Positions 13,409 through 25,600 of a DNA stretch of 64,000 bases are shown in pieces. A program made the position numbers and the translations under genes. Each line of letters opens with the position of its first letter. Positions within the stretch are counted from its first letter, which is position 1. The stretch comes from Macrostomum hystrix (taxonomy: Eukaryota > Animalia > Platyhelminthes): positions 3,968,001 through 4,032,000 of the forward strand of contig CATNEN010000008.1 in NCBI GenBank assembly GCA_950097015.1. Reading direction: 5' to 3'. The notes beneath the pieces are model-generated. The model saw only the letters and a program-made list of their open reading frames with translations, had not been told where the DNA came from and ran no database searches.

Positions 13409-14014
13409 TGGAAATACAGAAACAAAAATTGAAAGGCCGCTTTTTTATGTCCGATTTCTGTTCTTGAGTGAGTGACTCTTTTGTTACACCCGAGCAGCTA
13501 GCATTCACAGATCACGACTCCCAGCCAATCAGAACTGTTCTCAACGCATATCCTACTCAGGACTCCTCTCGCCATTGGGGGGGGGCTGAAATGCTTCTCA
13601 TTCGGCACTGCTTAGCTCCCCGAATGTAGCTGAAGCTCGCTTTCAGAGAGTCAGAAAAAATTAAAGCATTATTGAAGGAAGGGCAGCGAAAGAGAGAGAT
13701 GGGGTGGGAGGGCAAGAGAAGGGAAGGGGTTTGTTGGGATAAATATCCCCATCTGTCAGTGAATGCGCAACTCACAATAAATGCTACTTTCTTCAAGCAG
13801 ATCCCACGCTTATCCCAGCAAATTCTCAAACAAATTGCTATCAGAATTCTTACAAGTGCGAGTCTAGAAGCCAGCTGTCAATCCCATAGACAAGTCCAAG
13901 CAACTCCCTCTGAGTTAGTGCGCAATGGACAAGATCAACACCGGACAACCAGGGATGTCCAAGCGAAAAACTGACTCCAGCCTCGTGGTGAGTTTCTGTG
14001 GAACTGAATTAAGG

Positions 14015-14457
14015 CACTGAAGGAACTGAGGGACAGGAACTAAAGAACTGAGGGACAGGAACTGAAGGTACTGAGGGACAGGAACTGAAGGAACTGAGGG
14101 ACAGGAACTGAAGGAACTGAGGGACAGGAACTGAAGGAACTGAGGGACAGGAACTGAAGGAACTGAGGGACAGGAACTGAAGGAACTGAGGGACAGGAAC
14201 TGAAGGAACTGAGGGACAGGAACTGAAGGAACTGAGGGACAGGAACTGAAGGTACTGAGGGACAGGAACTGAAGGAACTGAGGGACAGGAACTGAAGGAA
14301 CTGAGGGACAGGAACTGAAGGTACTGAGGGACAGGAACTGAAGGAACTGAGGGACAGGAACTGAAGGAACTGAAGGAACTGAAGGACAGGAACTGAAGGT
14401 ACTGAAGGACAGGAACTGAAGGTACTGAAGGACAGGAACTGAAGGACAGGAACTGAA
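14015..14457. repeat. 23-bp minisatellite (AGGAACTGAGGGACAGGAACTGA)
   Basis: Direct reading. Confidence 0.95.
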
Positions 14458-14994
14458 TATAAAAAAGTTATTAGAGAACGGTCAATTTGAATAAGCTGCA
14501 ACTGCGATTCCCAATTCAGCATTCGGATTATGAATTCAGATCAGTTTGGGCTGTCCATGAGAAAGTTACGCATGGTAGGGCCCGCTCAGTCTGCGATAAA
14601 GGATCTGGGGTTGTGGCTTGCAAGTTCCGCCACTGTCCATGCTAATTTAATTCCGCCGCTCAGCGGTCCTCGTCGACGGGGGAAATTTCGAGCGACGCCT
14701 CGATTTTTATCCTCTGAAAATTTCTGGAATTGCTCCAGCAGTAGCAAGAGGGTTGAAATAGATGTGGCACATGGGAACTTTGCAGATAATTTTTTTTGTT
14801 TGCTGAAAAGTGCGAGACTTCACTTGGCTGAGCGAGAAGCTGGTGTAGCTGTTTCTGACCCTAACGGGACATGAGCAGTAATAAAGCTGCACTAGCTCTT
14901 CTTTTCTCCTGCTACACATTTCTCCCACTCTTCACCTTTCACCCTTGCTCCACCAACTCCCCCGCTGCCTCATCTCCTCTCTGCACCTTCTACC

Positions 14995-15385
14995 ACATCT
15001 CTCCTTCTCCCCCTCTCTCCTTCTCTCCTTCTCACCTTCTCTCCTTCTCTCCTTCTCTCCTTCTCCCCTTCTCTCCTTCTCTCCTTCTCTCCTTCTCTCC
15101 TTCTCCCCTTCTCTCCTTCTCCCCTTCTCCCATTCTCTCATACTTTCCTTCTCTCCTTCTCTCCTTCTCCCCTTCTCTCCTTCTCCCCCTCTCTCCTTCT
15201 CTCCTTCTCCCCTTCTCTCCTTCTCCCCTTCTCTCCTTCTCCCCTTCTCTCCTTCTCCCATTCTCTCATACTTTCCTTCTCCCCTTCTCTCCTTCTCCCA
15301 TTCTCTCATACTTTCCTTCTCCCCTTCTCTCCTTCTCTCATTCTCTCATACTTTCCTTCTCCCCTTCTCTCCTTCTCCCCTCCTG
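14995..15385. repeat. Polypyrimidine (CT-rich) tandem repeat
   Basis: TCTCCTTC and TCCCCTTC variants. Confidence 0.92.
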
Positions 15386-15842
15386 CCCTTCGGCTTTCAC
15401 TCCGTCCTTCAATCTCTTCTAGTCCTAAGCTATACTTTTCTAGTTTCTACCATAATTTCCCCATCGATACCTGCTTCCATTGTTTGAGCCTTCTCATTCC
15501 AATAAAACCTTTCTGTCCTTTTTTCTGCCATGAGGATCTAGAATTTCATTTTAAATATTCTACATGAGCAGAACCAGTGACCATAAAGCATTGAAAGCAC
15601 TCACCTGTGCCTTCAATTTCTCCTGTCATGAGATTTCATTGTGCTCAAATTTTTCAATAGAACAGCTGGGGATTTAGGCCATGCTTGCATAGCAACAAAA
15701 ACACGCTTTTTAGAGAATACATCTCAGTACTATAGACTCGACATGATAGAAAGTAAAATTGTGTTTTTTGAACTCATCAAATTCCCAATCTTTTGTCTAA
15801 TTTGTCAAAGCTGTTATAGCTAGTTAGCCGTGAATAAATGAA

Positions 15843-16190
15843 ATTTTAGAAATGAACTTTTAGAAATGAACTTTTAGAAATTTAATTTTAGAAATTAAAG
15901 TTTAGAAATTAACTTTTGGAAAATTAAATTTAAAAAATTTAATTTTAGAAATGAACTTTTAGAAATTTTTTAAAACTTTTTAGAACTTTTAGAAATGAAC
16001 TTTTAGAAATGAACTTTCAGAAATTAAATTTTAGAAATTAAATTTTAGAAATTAAATTTTAGAAACTAAATTTTAGAAATTTAATTTTAGAAATGAACTT
16101 TTAGAAATAAACTTTTAGAAATTAAATATAAGAAATGAACTTTTAGAAATGAACTTTTAGAAATTTAATTTTAGAAATTAAATTTAGAAG
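15843..16190. repeat. AT-rich 14-bp minisatellite (TTTTAGAAATGAAC / TTTTAGAAATTAAA)
   Basis: Direct reading. Confidence 0.92.
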
Positions 16191-16836
16191 GTTTTGTGAT
16201 GCAGAATTATTTAATTAGTAATTAAAAAATAATTGTGTAATTATACAGTTGCTATGAGTACACGAGTAGCTGATGAGATCGAATTATGGATCGCTTCTAG
16301 CAACTCACTTGGGAAACTTGCGGGTGACACAAAATACCCCCGCCGTGCAGCCAAACAGCCGCTTCGGTGTCTTGTTGCCGGGTGGACTGACAGAAATTGC
16401 GAATTAAGACTAGTCCAGCGTAACCATCTGCTTCCAATGCTTCACATGAGAGCAAATGAATGCAGACAAACTCACAGCAGTAGCTACAAGACAAGACCAA
16501 TTTCATGCTTTACTAGGCAATGAAACAATAACTTGCTTAGTAGGAAAATCTATATTTATGAGCTTACTGGCACTGATGGCTTGTGAGGCTTCTTTTCTAA
16601 ATTTAGAGCAGGAAATTATTTTAACGATAGACTGCATTGTTCAATTGTGTTTTTTTAAACTGAAGCTATACAAAATACAAAAAAACAGTTCAAATTACTT
16701 GAATATTTCAGTACCTTTTGAAGCAAACTAACAAAGCAAAGGGAATTTTCATGAAGCAAGAAAAAAAAATATTCTATGGCACTATGATTTCGTGCTCAAG
16801 AATCACTTTCGTATGATTTCACATTTCTTTTTACTA

Positions 16837-16975
16837 GGTCATCAGGGTGTGAGCAGTGGGTCATCAGGGTGTGAGCAGTGGGTCATCAGGGTGTGAGCAG
16901 TGGGTCATCAGGGTGTGAGCAGTTGGTCATCAGGGTGTGAGCAGTTGGTCATCAGGGTGTGAGCAGTGGGGTCAT
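16837..16975. repeat. 22-bp minisatellite (GGTCATCAGGGTGTGAGCAGTG), about 6 copies
   Basis: Direct reading. Confidence 0.92.
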
Positions 16976-17324
16976 CTATCAGGGTTTGTGTTATCATGAG
17001 GTCGGGCCGTCGACAGTGGGGTCATCTTATGACCATTGTTATTATGGTTAAAGTTATTCTATACTAATGATTGTTTTAAGTGTGGAATTGTAACAGTTGT
17101 GTACAATAAAGAAACCAATCCTGTAATTAAAGAGCGTGTAATTGTGACATTTTAGGAAATAAATTGAGTCCTTAAAAAATTATGCTTTTCGTCAAGAGCA
17201 TCTCAGCGAAAATCCAACCTCGATCTATTTTTAGAATCCGCCCACTCGGTAGCATACAGGTGGGTGAGCACAGTTCTCAGTCTATCCGCACGGCCCCGCC
17301 CATTTCACTTGAAGCCGCCAGCAC

Positions 17325-17496
17325 GTTAGATAGATAGATAGATAGATAGATGGATAGATAGATAGATGGATAGATAGATAGATAGATGGATAGATAGATG
17401 GATAGATAGATAGATGGATAGATAGATAGATGGATAGATAGATAGATAGATGGATAGATAGATAGATGGATAGATAGATAGATAGATAGATAGATG

Positions 17497-17531
<35 letters not shown>

Positions 17532-17684
17532 GGATAGATAGAAGGATAGATAGATAGATAGATAGATGGATAGATAGATAGATGGATAGATAGATAGATG
17601 GATAGATAGATAGATAGATGGATAGATAGATAGATAGATAGATGGATAGATAGATAGATGGATAGATAGATAGATAGATAGATG

Positions 17685-17758
<74 letters not shown>

Positions 17759-17780
17759 GAGATAGATAGATAGATAGATA
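17325..17780. repeat. (GATA)n microsatellite with GATG interruptions
   Basis: Direct reading. Confidence 0.98.
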
Positions 17781-18203
17781 GCTATGCCAGTGCTCAGCAC
17801 AATTAAAAATTCAATTTTCCTGGAAGTGCCCTCAATGTCCCGGCTCCCCCAAAATAGCACTCACAGTGCATTGTGAGTGTGAGTAGGTGAGTAATGAGCC
17901 TGGTCTCATGTGCAGTAATGACTCAGGAACGGACAGCGGGAAGGCTGTGGCTCCCAAGGCTTCCATTTTAGGCGGCATTGCCTGTGGAGCTGAGTACCAG
18001 CTTTTGTTCATTCCTGTACTCCAGTCTCCTCCTTCATCCTTAATGCTTGACGGCCAACTAAAATAGCACGGCGAAAGGGGATTTAAGGATCTGAGGCGGC
18101 CCAGGTGTGTCAGCTTGGATTTCCCATTGCGAAAAACACGAACAAATCATTCTCCCTGGCCTTGTTGAACCAGCTGCTCGGGTTGTTCAGATCGCATGCT
18201 ACC

Positions 18204-20155
18204 ATGCTCAGCCTGACCTCAATGTTTCAGAGTCCGGCGTTCCTCACCGATCAGCAGCTGGCAGGTGAGCAGTTCATCTCAGCAGTCGTTCTATTTTGTA
18301 GATTTTTTAAGAATTTGAGTCCCCTGCCAAATTAGACTCTAGTTAGCCTTAGATTAAAGAAAAATTTCTGTGCAATTCAAGCCAGAAGATCGCTGGATTA
18401 TCCCGCGCACGCTGCGTGAGGATAAATTCCCAGAGGAAATTGTTAGGAAACGTTGGCAAATTTGAAATTGAATTTTTAGCCACGGAAGTCTGATTCAATG
18501 GGCTGAAAATTGAGCTATCGTAACCAGAAATTTTCTGAGATCCTGAATTTCCTAAATTGGATTTTTCATTTTCCCTTCTTTTTGCGGGGATTAAACATTT
18601 TAGGATTGTTATTTTAAATTGCAGATTATAATTAGAAATTTTTTAAATTAAATTTTCGATTTTCACATCGCTTATCACACGCTTATTCCGAAACAAAACA
18701 TCCGCAGAAATTCGCGAATCCTTCGCCCTGTTTGACAAAAACGGCGACGGCAGCATCAGCTCGGAGGAGATCGGCGAGGTCATGCGCAGCCTCGGACAAA
18801 TGCCCAGCCACGCAGAGCTACAGGAGATGGTGCGACAAGTGGACACTGACGGTGAGGAGCGCAGAGATGTGGCTATTTCTTCTCCCTCTCCTTCTCACAT
18901 TCCCTCACCCTCTCCTTCTCACTCTCCCTCACCCTCTCCTTCTCACTCTCCCTCACCCTCTCCTTCTCACTCTCCCTCAACCTCTCCTTCTCACTCTCCC
19001 TCACCCTCTCCTTCTCACTCTCCCTCAACCTCTCCTTCTCACTCTCCTTCTCACATTCCCTCACCCTCTCCTTCTCACTCTCCCTCAACCTCTCCTTCTC
19101 ACTCTCCCTCACCCTCTCCTTCTCACTCTCCCTCACCCTCTCCTTCTCACTCTCCCTCACCCTCTCCTTCTCACTCTCCCTCACCCTCTCCTTCTCACTC
19201 TCCCTCACCCTCTCCTTCTCACTCTCCCTCACCCTCTACTTCTCACTCTCCCTCACCCTCTCCTTCTCACTCTCCCTCACCCTCTTCTTCTCACTCTCCC
19301 TCACCCTCTCCTTCTCCCTCTCCCTCACCCTCTCCTTCTCACTTTCCCTCACCCTCTCCTTCTCCCTCTCCCTCACCCTCTCCTTCTCCCTCTCCCTCAC
19401 CCTCTCCTTCTCACTCTCCCTCACCCTCTCCTTCTCACTCTCCCTCACCCTCTCCTTCTCAATCTCCCTCACCCTCTCCTTCTCACTCTCCCTCACCCTC
19501 TCCTTCTCACTCTCCCTCACCCTCTACTTCTCACTCTCCCTCACCCTCCCCTCTCTTACTCTCGCTCACTCATAAGCCGGGCATTATACTCGTAAGCAAA
19601 CTAAAACAAATAATTCGGCCCGCAGGCAACGGTTGCATCGAGTTCAACGAATTTGTTTCGATGATGGCCGAGCGCTACCTGATGGAGTCCGAGTTGCAGA
19701 AACACGAACGAAATCTACGGAAAGCCTTTGTGGTGAGAAATGTATTACTTTCTCGCTATTACATGATCTATAAATAGCCTATATGTATCGAAAATAATTA
19801 GATTCTCGCCTGTACTGAAACTGCCAACAACTAAAAGGTATTCGACAAGGACGGAAACGGCCTGATTGACAGCTCGGAGCTGAAGCGCGTCATGACCAGC
19901 CTGGGCGAGGACTTGACAGACGAAGAAATCGACGAGATGATTAGAGAGGCCGACAGGAATGGCGACGGCTACGTGGATTACAGTGGTAGGTGTTACTACT
20001 TCTACCCATGCAGTATAACCCTCTCTGTCTACCCATCTCTCTCACATATATAGACTTGCTCGCGTACATGCTAATATTCTCCTAATCAATCCCAAACGTT
20101 ATCTCCGATTTCGACATTTCCAGAATTTTCCAAAATAGTATTTTCTAAACGATGA
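18204..20155 (+). CDS. Calmodulin-like EF-hand protein (4 EF hands, divergent from canonical calmodulin)
   Basis: Exons 18204-18264, 18708-18851, 19626-19732, 19838-19985, 20124-20155 (TGA) join in frame. EF loops [48 protein letters not shown]. The start could extend further upstream (acceptor at 18190). Confidence 0.92.
18878..19550. repeat. 24-bp polypyrimidine-rich minisatellite (CTCTCCTTCTCACTCTCCCTCACC) in calmodulin-like intron
   Basis: Direct reading; source of the spurious SP-repeat and RESEKERV ORFs. Confidence 0.97.
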
Positions 20156-20984
20156 CAATCTTCATATTCGGTCGACTTTCAAAGCGGGCTCGGTTTGAAA
20201 GTGTCTGCTACTAATTGTTTCTGCTGCTCCGTGACTGCTATAAATGCATGTACACTGTATGGCCGAGAATAAAAATGCTTTCTTCCTTTACTCAGTTTTT
20301 AGCTTGTATTGTCTCTCACTTGCGACTATGGAAATATTTTGCATATTCTTTATTTCAATTGTACACTATATCGGTAACCATCATTCACAGCACATCGTAT
20401 GCATAATTTCATTGTCTTATAGTAAGGTTCAGTTTAAATAAAGTTTTAAAAAGTTAAAAAGTAAAACAATAGTAAAAATAAACACTAAATAGGCGCACAC
20501 GATCTTAAACAATTTTTCGGATTTGTTATAGCGTAGAATGAAACGTAAAGGTAATATTGTTGTAATTCTACCCTAAAAGCATACAAATAGCTATTAGTTC
20601 AGCTGTATTTGCTTCTTCAGTTTTTTCTCGAATAACAAATATTATTTTGTTTGTTGCTCTAAGCTTTAATACACACATACACTCGAGTGATTATCTTAAA
20701 TATCGTACATTTCCCTACCCAAGTTCAATATTGAGCACTGATCGTAAATTACAATATTTATTTTAAAATACATTTTAGCTCGTTAATAATCTAAATCTAA
20801 ATTGTAAATCTAAATGTCAGTCGATGATGAAGTGGTAGTAAGACTGCAAAGAAACACTTGATGTTTAGGAAAAAATGAAGTAAGATTATAAATCTTTTTT
20901 TCATTAACAATGGTTCAACAAAAAGCCACTGTAATTTTTAAATCCATGACCGACTGATATTAGACCTACATAGATGATCTAAAT

Positions 20985-21653
20985 CAGGGGTCGGCAAACT
21001 CCGGCCCGCGGGCCAGATGCGGCCCTCGAAGCTCCCAAATCCGGCCCGTTGCCCCTTCTGACATCTACAGTGTCCTGTTTCATGTCTCCCGTGTCTAATC
21101 TCTCCCGCGTCTAATCTCTCCCTATCTTATCTCTCCCGTGTCTCATCTCTCTCGTGTCTCATCTCTCCCGTGTCTCATCTCTCCCGTGTCTAATCTCTCC
21201 CGTGTCTAATCTCTCCCGTGTCTAATCTCTCCCGCGTCTAATCTCTCCCTATCTTATCTCTCCCGTGTCTCATCTCTCCCGTGTCTAATCTCTCCCGTGT
21301 CTCATCTCTCCCGTGTCTAATCTCTCCCTATCTTATCTCTCCCGTGTCTCATCTCTCTCGTGTCTCATCTCTCCCGTGTCTAATCTCTCCCGTGTCTAAT
21401 CTCTCCCTATCTTATCTCTCCCGTGTCTCATCTCTCTCGTGTCTCATCTCTCCCGTGTCTAATCTCTCCCGTGTCTAATCTCTTCCGTGTCTAATCTCTC
21501 CCGTGTCTCATCTCTCTCATGTCCCATATTTCCTGTGTCTCATCTCTCCCGTGTCTCATCTCTCCTATCTCATATTTATACAGTCAATGCGGCCCGCTGT
21601 CGTCTTTTAGGCTCTCTCTTTGGCCCGCCAGCAAATAAGTTTGCCTACCCCTG
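20985..21653. mobile_element. hAT (Charlie-like) MITE containing a 16-bp minisatellite
   Basis: TIRs CAGGGGTCGGCAAACT / AGTTTGCCTACCCCTG (15/16). Perfect 8-bp TSD ATCTAAAT at 20977-20984 and 21654-21661. Subterminal GGCCCG motifs. Confidence 0.92.
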
Positions 21654-22681
21654 ATCTAAATAGAATATATATACGAGCGAAATCAATTAACGTTAAAAAG
21701 CAGAGGCAACAAAACTATATAATCCAAAACTTTTACTTTCTTCGTCAAGTTTAAGCAAATTGTACACTTTTAGAAATTCAGTTTTTATTTTTTAACTCGT
21801 TTCGTTATAAATATATTGTGCTGAGAAGATAAAATATATCAGAAGGAGAGTGTTTTCAGCAAGCTAAACTAATAAACACAAGAGGACGTATAGAGATGTA
21901 TTAATTACACCATAAAATGTTATTAAAGTGAGTGACTCCGATAGATTGTCCAAATTATATGAGACTTGATCGACTCACAATATTTATGTTTTTAAGTGCG
22001 CAGCACATTAACAAGAAGTTAAGAACATATGCAAGCGAAGGCAAACATTCTCGACACCAAAAATACATTCTCGTACCTTATACAGAAAGTTAAATTCAGA
22101 AAGTAAACAGCCTATAGATCAATAATATGATCTTAGTCACGAAAGTAAAAAAGTGCATGCGATCTATTTCAATGTTTAAATGAATTTAGCTAAATTAAAT
22201 CAGAAATCAATAAATAAAGCAATGGAAGAGGTGCAATAAGTTAAGTGTCAAATATAAGCTTGATCTCTTCAGTCAGCAAAATCATACAACCAGGAAAGTG
22301 TCTTAACAGTGACAAGATTTCGGCCACAGAATTAGTTTTCATATTTCTTAACTAATACGTTGCGTGGCTGCCAAGGATACACTAAATCCCAGGTACTTGC
22401 GAGCAGATTGGATTGCTCAATAGCTATTTCCAATTGAAACGTTCTTTTCAATGCAAACTTTTTGGCGGATATCGAAAGTAAATTAAAGATGACAATTATA
22501 ACAGAAAATTCTACACAAGAAGGCTTGAAAACAGATTTAAATTAAAGAAGTACAAAAACGGTATAACACAGTTTTAAATATTTTCTGTAAGGTAATATTA
22601 TGTTCCTGAAGGGGATTTGTAAATTACGCAACTGTTTAAACAATTAATTAAAACAAAATTCGATAATTATGTATGGCCCAA

Positions 22682-25600
22682 TTAGCCCTGGGTGGGGTAC
22701 AGCTCCTTAAAGATCTGCTTGTCGCCTTTGCTTTTAGAGAGCCATTGGTTGCAGTTGAAAACCCAGGATCGTCCGCTGGTGGTGTCCTTGACTGTGACCT
22801 TGGCTAACAACCAATCAGGTCGCAAGCCTGAGTTGTCATGCTCAATTCGGATCTTCTTCAGCTCGCCTGGAGATTGAAGTTCAAGTAAATATATATGATT
22901 AAAAGTATGATAATCAGATGCTTATGTGCGATAAAAGTGGGAGATTTGAAGCAATACTGATCAGAGGTAAGGTTTATACAGATGAGACAGTGAGGGTGGT
23001 TACAGTTTAGACAGTGAGGGTTACAGATGAGACAGTGAGGGTTACAGATGAGACAGTGAGGGTTACAGATGAGACAGTGAGGGTTACAGATGAGACAGTG
23101 AGGGTTACAGATGAGACAGTGAGGGTTACAGATGAGACAGTGAGGGTTACAGGTGAGACAGTGAGGGTTACAGATGAGACAGTGAGGGTTACAGATGAGA
23201 CAGTGAAGGTTCTGCCTCAACGACAGGCGAGGCATTGAAGATTACAGGCGAGGCATTGAAGATTACAGGCGAGGCATTGAAGATTACAGGCGAGGCATTG
23301 AAGATTACAGGCGAGGCATTGAAGATTACAGGCGAGGCATTGAAGATTACAGGCGAGGCATTGAAGATTACAGGCGAGGCATTGAATATTACAGGCGAGG
23401 CATTGAAGATTACAGGCGAGGCATTGAATGATACCAATTTTAGACAGTAATGGTTTAATTTCAGACCAAGAATGCTACAGGTGAGACTGCTAACTCACCC
23501 AGATCGCGGCACTCCATGAAAAACTTGTCAACCTGGTTGCGCTCAAACAGATCCCGACCTTTCTGTTTGAGCGGCGTGAGGCCTAGCTCGCCGAATTCGC
23601 CGAACATGTTCAGCGTAACGTTGGCGTTGGTGCCCGAGCCGAACTCGTCTCCAGTTTGTACCTCCACTTCGTATTTGATTACGCTGAGCTCTGATGAGTT
23701 GAATGGGGGTTTGCAGCAGTTTGAGATACTACCAGCGTATATGCAGTAACGTGCAGCTGTTTAACAATAGAATGACCACGGGGTATTTGAATCTTTTGTT
23801 TTGTATCTTTCTGTATTTAACCAATTGCCATGAATTCAGAAAACTAAAACACAAAAGCTAAAATTTTCCGCTCTATCCGAAGAGTCAACTTCCAAAATCA
23901 CAAAACATCGACATCGTCGAGATATTCAAGGATTATCGTCAGGTGTCTGGTGGCAAAAAAATAATATATTACAACAAAGTAAACAGAAAAACTATTGTTG
24001 ACTATTTTGGATTGATTATATCGATCATTTATACACTTTTGAACCGATGTGGATTCGCCAAATGGGTTTCAACAGAGCAATGTTGGTTTTCCATGTCACC
24101 AGGGTCTTCGACAAGAATCGCTGATTATCTCAACGATGCTGGCTGGCACGGCTTTGAAAGTTAGTTCATCTCAAAGGGTGGAAAATTTTGATTCAGATGG
24201 TGGACTTTCACGAAAATTAATCGGTCATTTGGTTTGGGAGCTGTCGTGAAGTAGGCAGTGGGAAATACCTTTCTGTCGTCTTTCTACTGTTAACAAAAAT
24301 TTTTATAAATAGGAAAGGTGGTAGCACAACAGTTATTGAACTGCGGATTGCAAAATAAACTCGAATAAAATATTATTGAATTGTTGAATTAGTCAGCTTA
24401 GATTGCTAGGCTTCTTATACTGGCTTTTTGTTAATTAAATTAAAACAAAAACTTCTCAAAAAGCTATTTTTCGAAGATTTCTAAGAAAAAAGTATAACTT
24501 AAAGCTACCGTTGAAGCCCTCATGTGAAATGACACAGAAAATTTATAAGAAGAGCTCTATTGCGACCGAGTGTCACCAAGAATATTTGTGGAATCATTGT
24601 CTATCGAACTGTACGCATACCACAGAATTTACCTCGAATTCTCTGACGCATGCAAGAACTCTGTTCTATTGACTTTAAATATTAGGGACTGGGGGACTGA
24701 AGCGCTAATTCGTCACACTCTCTCAAGGTCCTGAGTTCAAATCTGCGTCGAGGCTTAGTTCATGGCCTGACTGCAAGAAAAACATTAACAGCTTGTGTCA
24801 AAATTTTCGCTCATAAAAGGCCATCCCAGGTTTGCGTCTTGTAAGCAGGTGTTGAATTGAGCAAGATGACGTTTCTGAGCACTCACCCCGCTGCTTAGCG
24901 AGTCGTCCTTTTGTTCCTGTCTCCTTGAAGTCTTCAACCTCCACTTCGAGCCCCTCGTCGCGCCGGACCCTCTGTCTGATGGGAATCCACTCGTTGACGG
25001 GGAAGCGATACTCCGTACCCTTGGCGGTGTCAGTCACCAGCACCTGGAAGACGTGCCAGCGGGCCTTCTTGCCGGCTTCCTGCCGCACCGAGCGACCCTC
25101 CTGTTCTACGGCGCCGATGTGCAAAGAGCGCAGCCGGCCCAGATTTTTTGTCTTCAGCTTGAACACGTCGGTATCACCACGCTGAAATACCCGCTTGTCG
25201 CGGCTGTTCTCCATGAGGAACTCGCGGTTCATGGTGTCCGAGTCACCGTCGAGCATGATCCAGGCATTGTGCGACATGCCAGCCTCGGCCTTATCGCTGG
25301 TGGTCACGGAGATCTCGTAAGTTATCTTCTGACCAGTCTCTTCGCGCATCTCGCCCTTGGGCGTGTCGCAGGATAGATCTCGCTTGATCATCTTGTCATC
25401 TTTGCTCAACGAAAGCCACTTTCCGCACTGGAAGTCGTACGAGCGCTTCTTGCGCACGTCCTCCACAACGATGGAGTCCAGCTTCCAGTCTGAGCCAAAC
25501 CCGGTGTCGTCATGCCACACAGAGCAGCGGTAGAGGCCACCGAGGTCGATGAGCTCGAACTCAAACTCGTCCTTCTGGCCGGCTTGGAATGGACGGCGAT

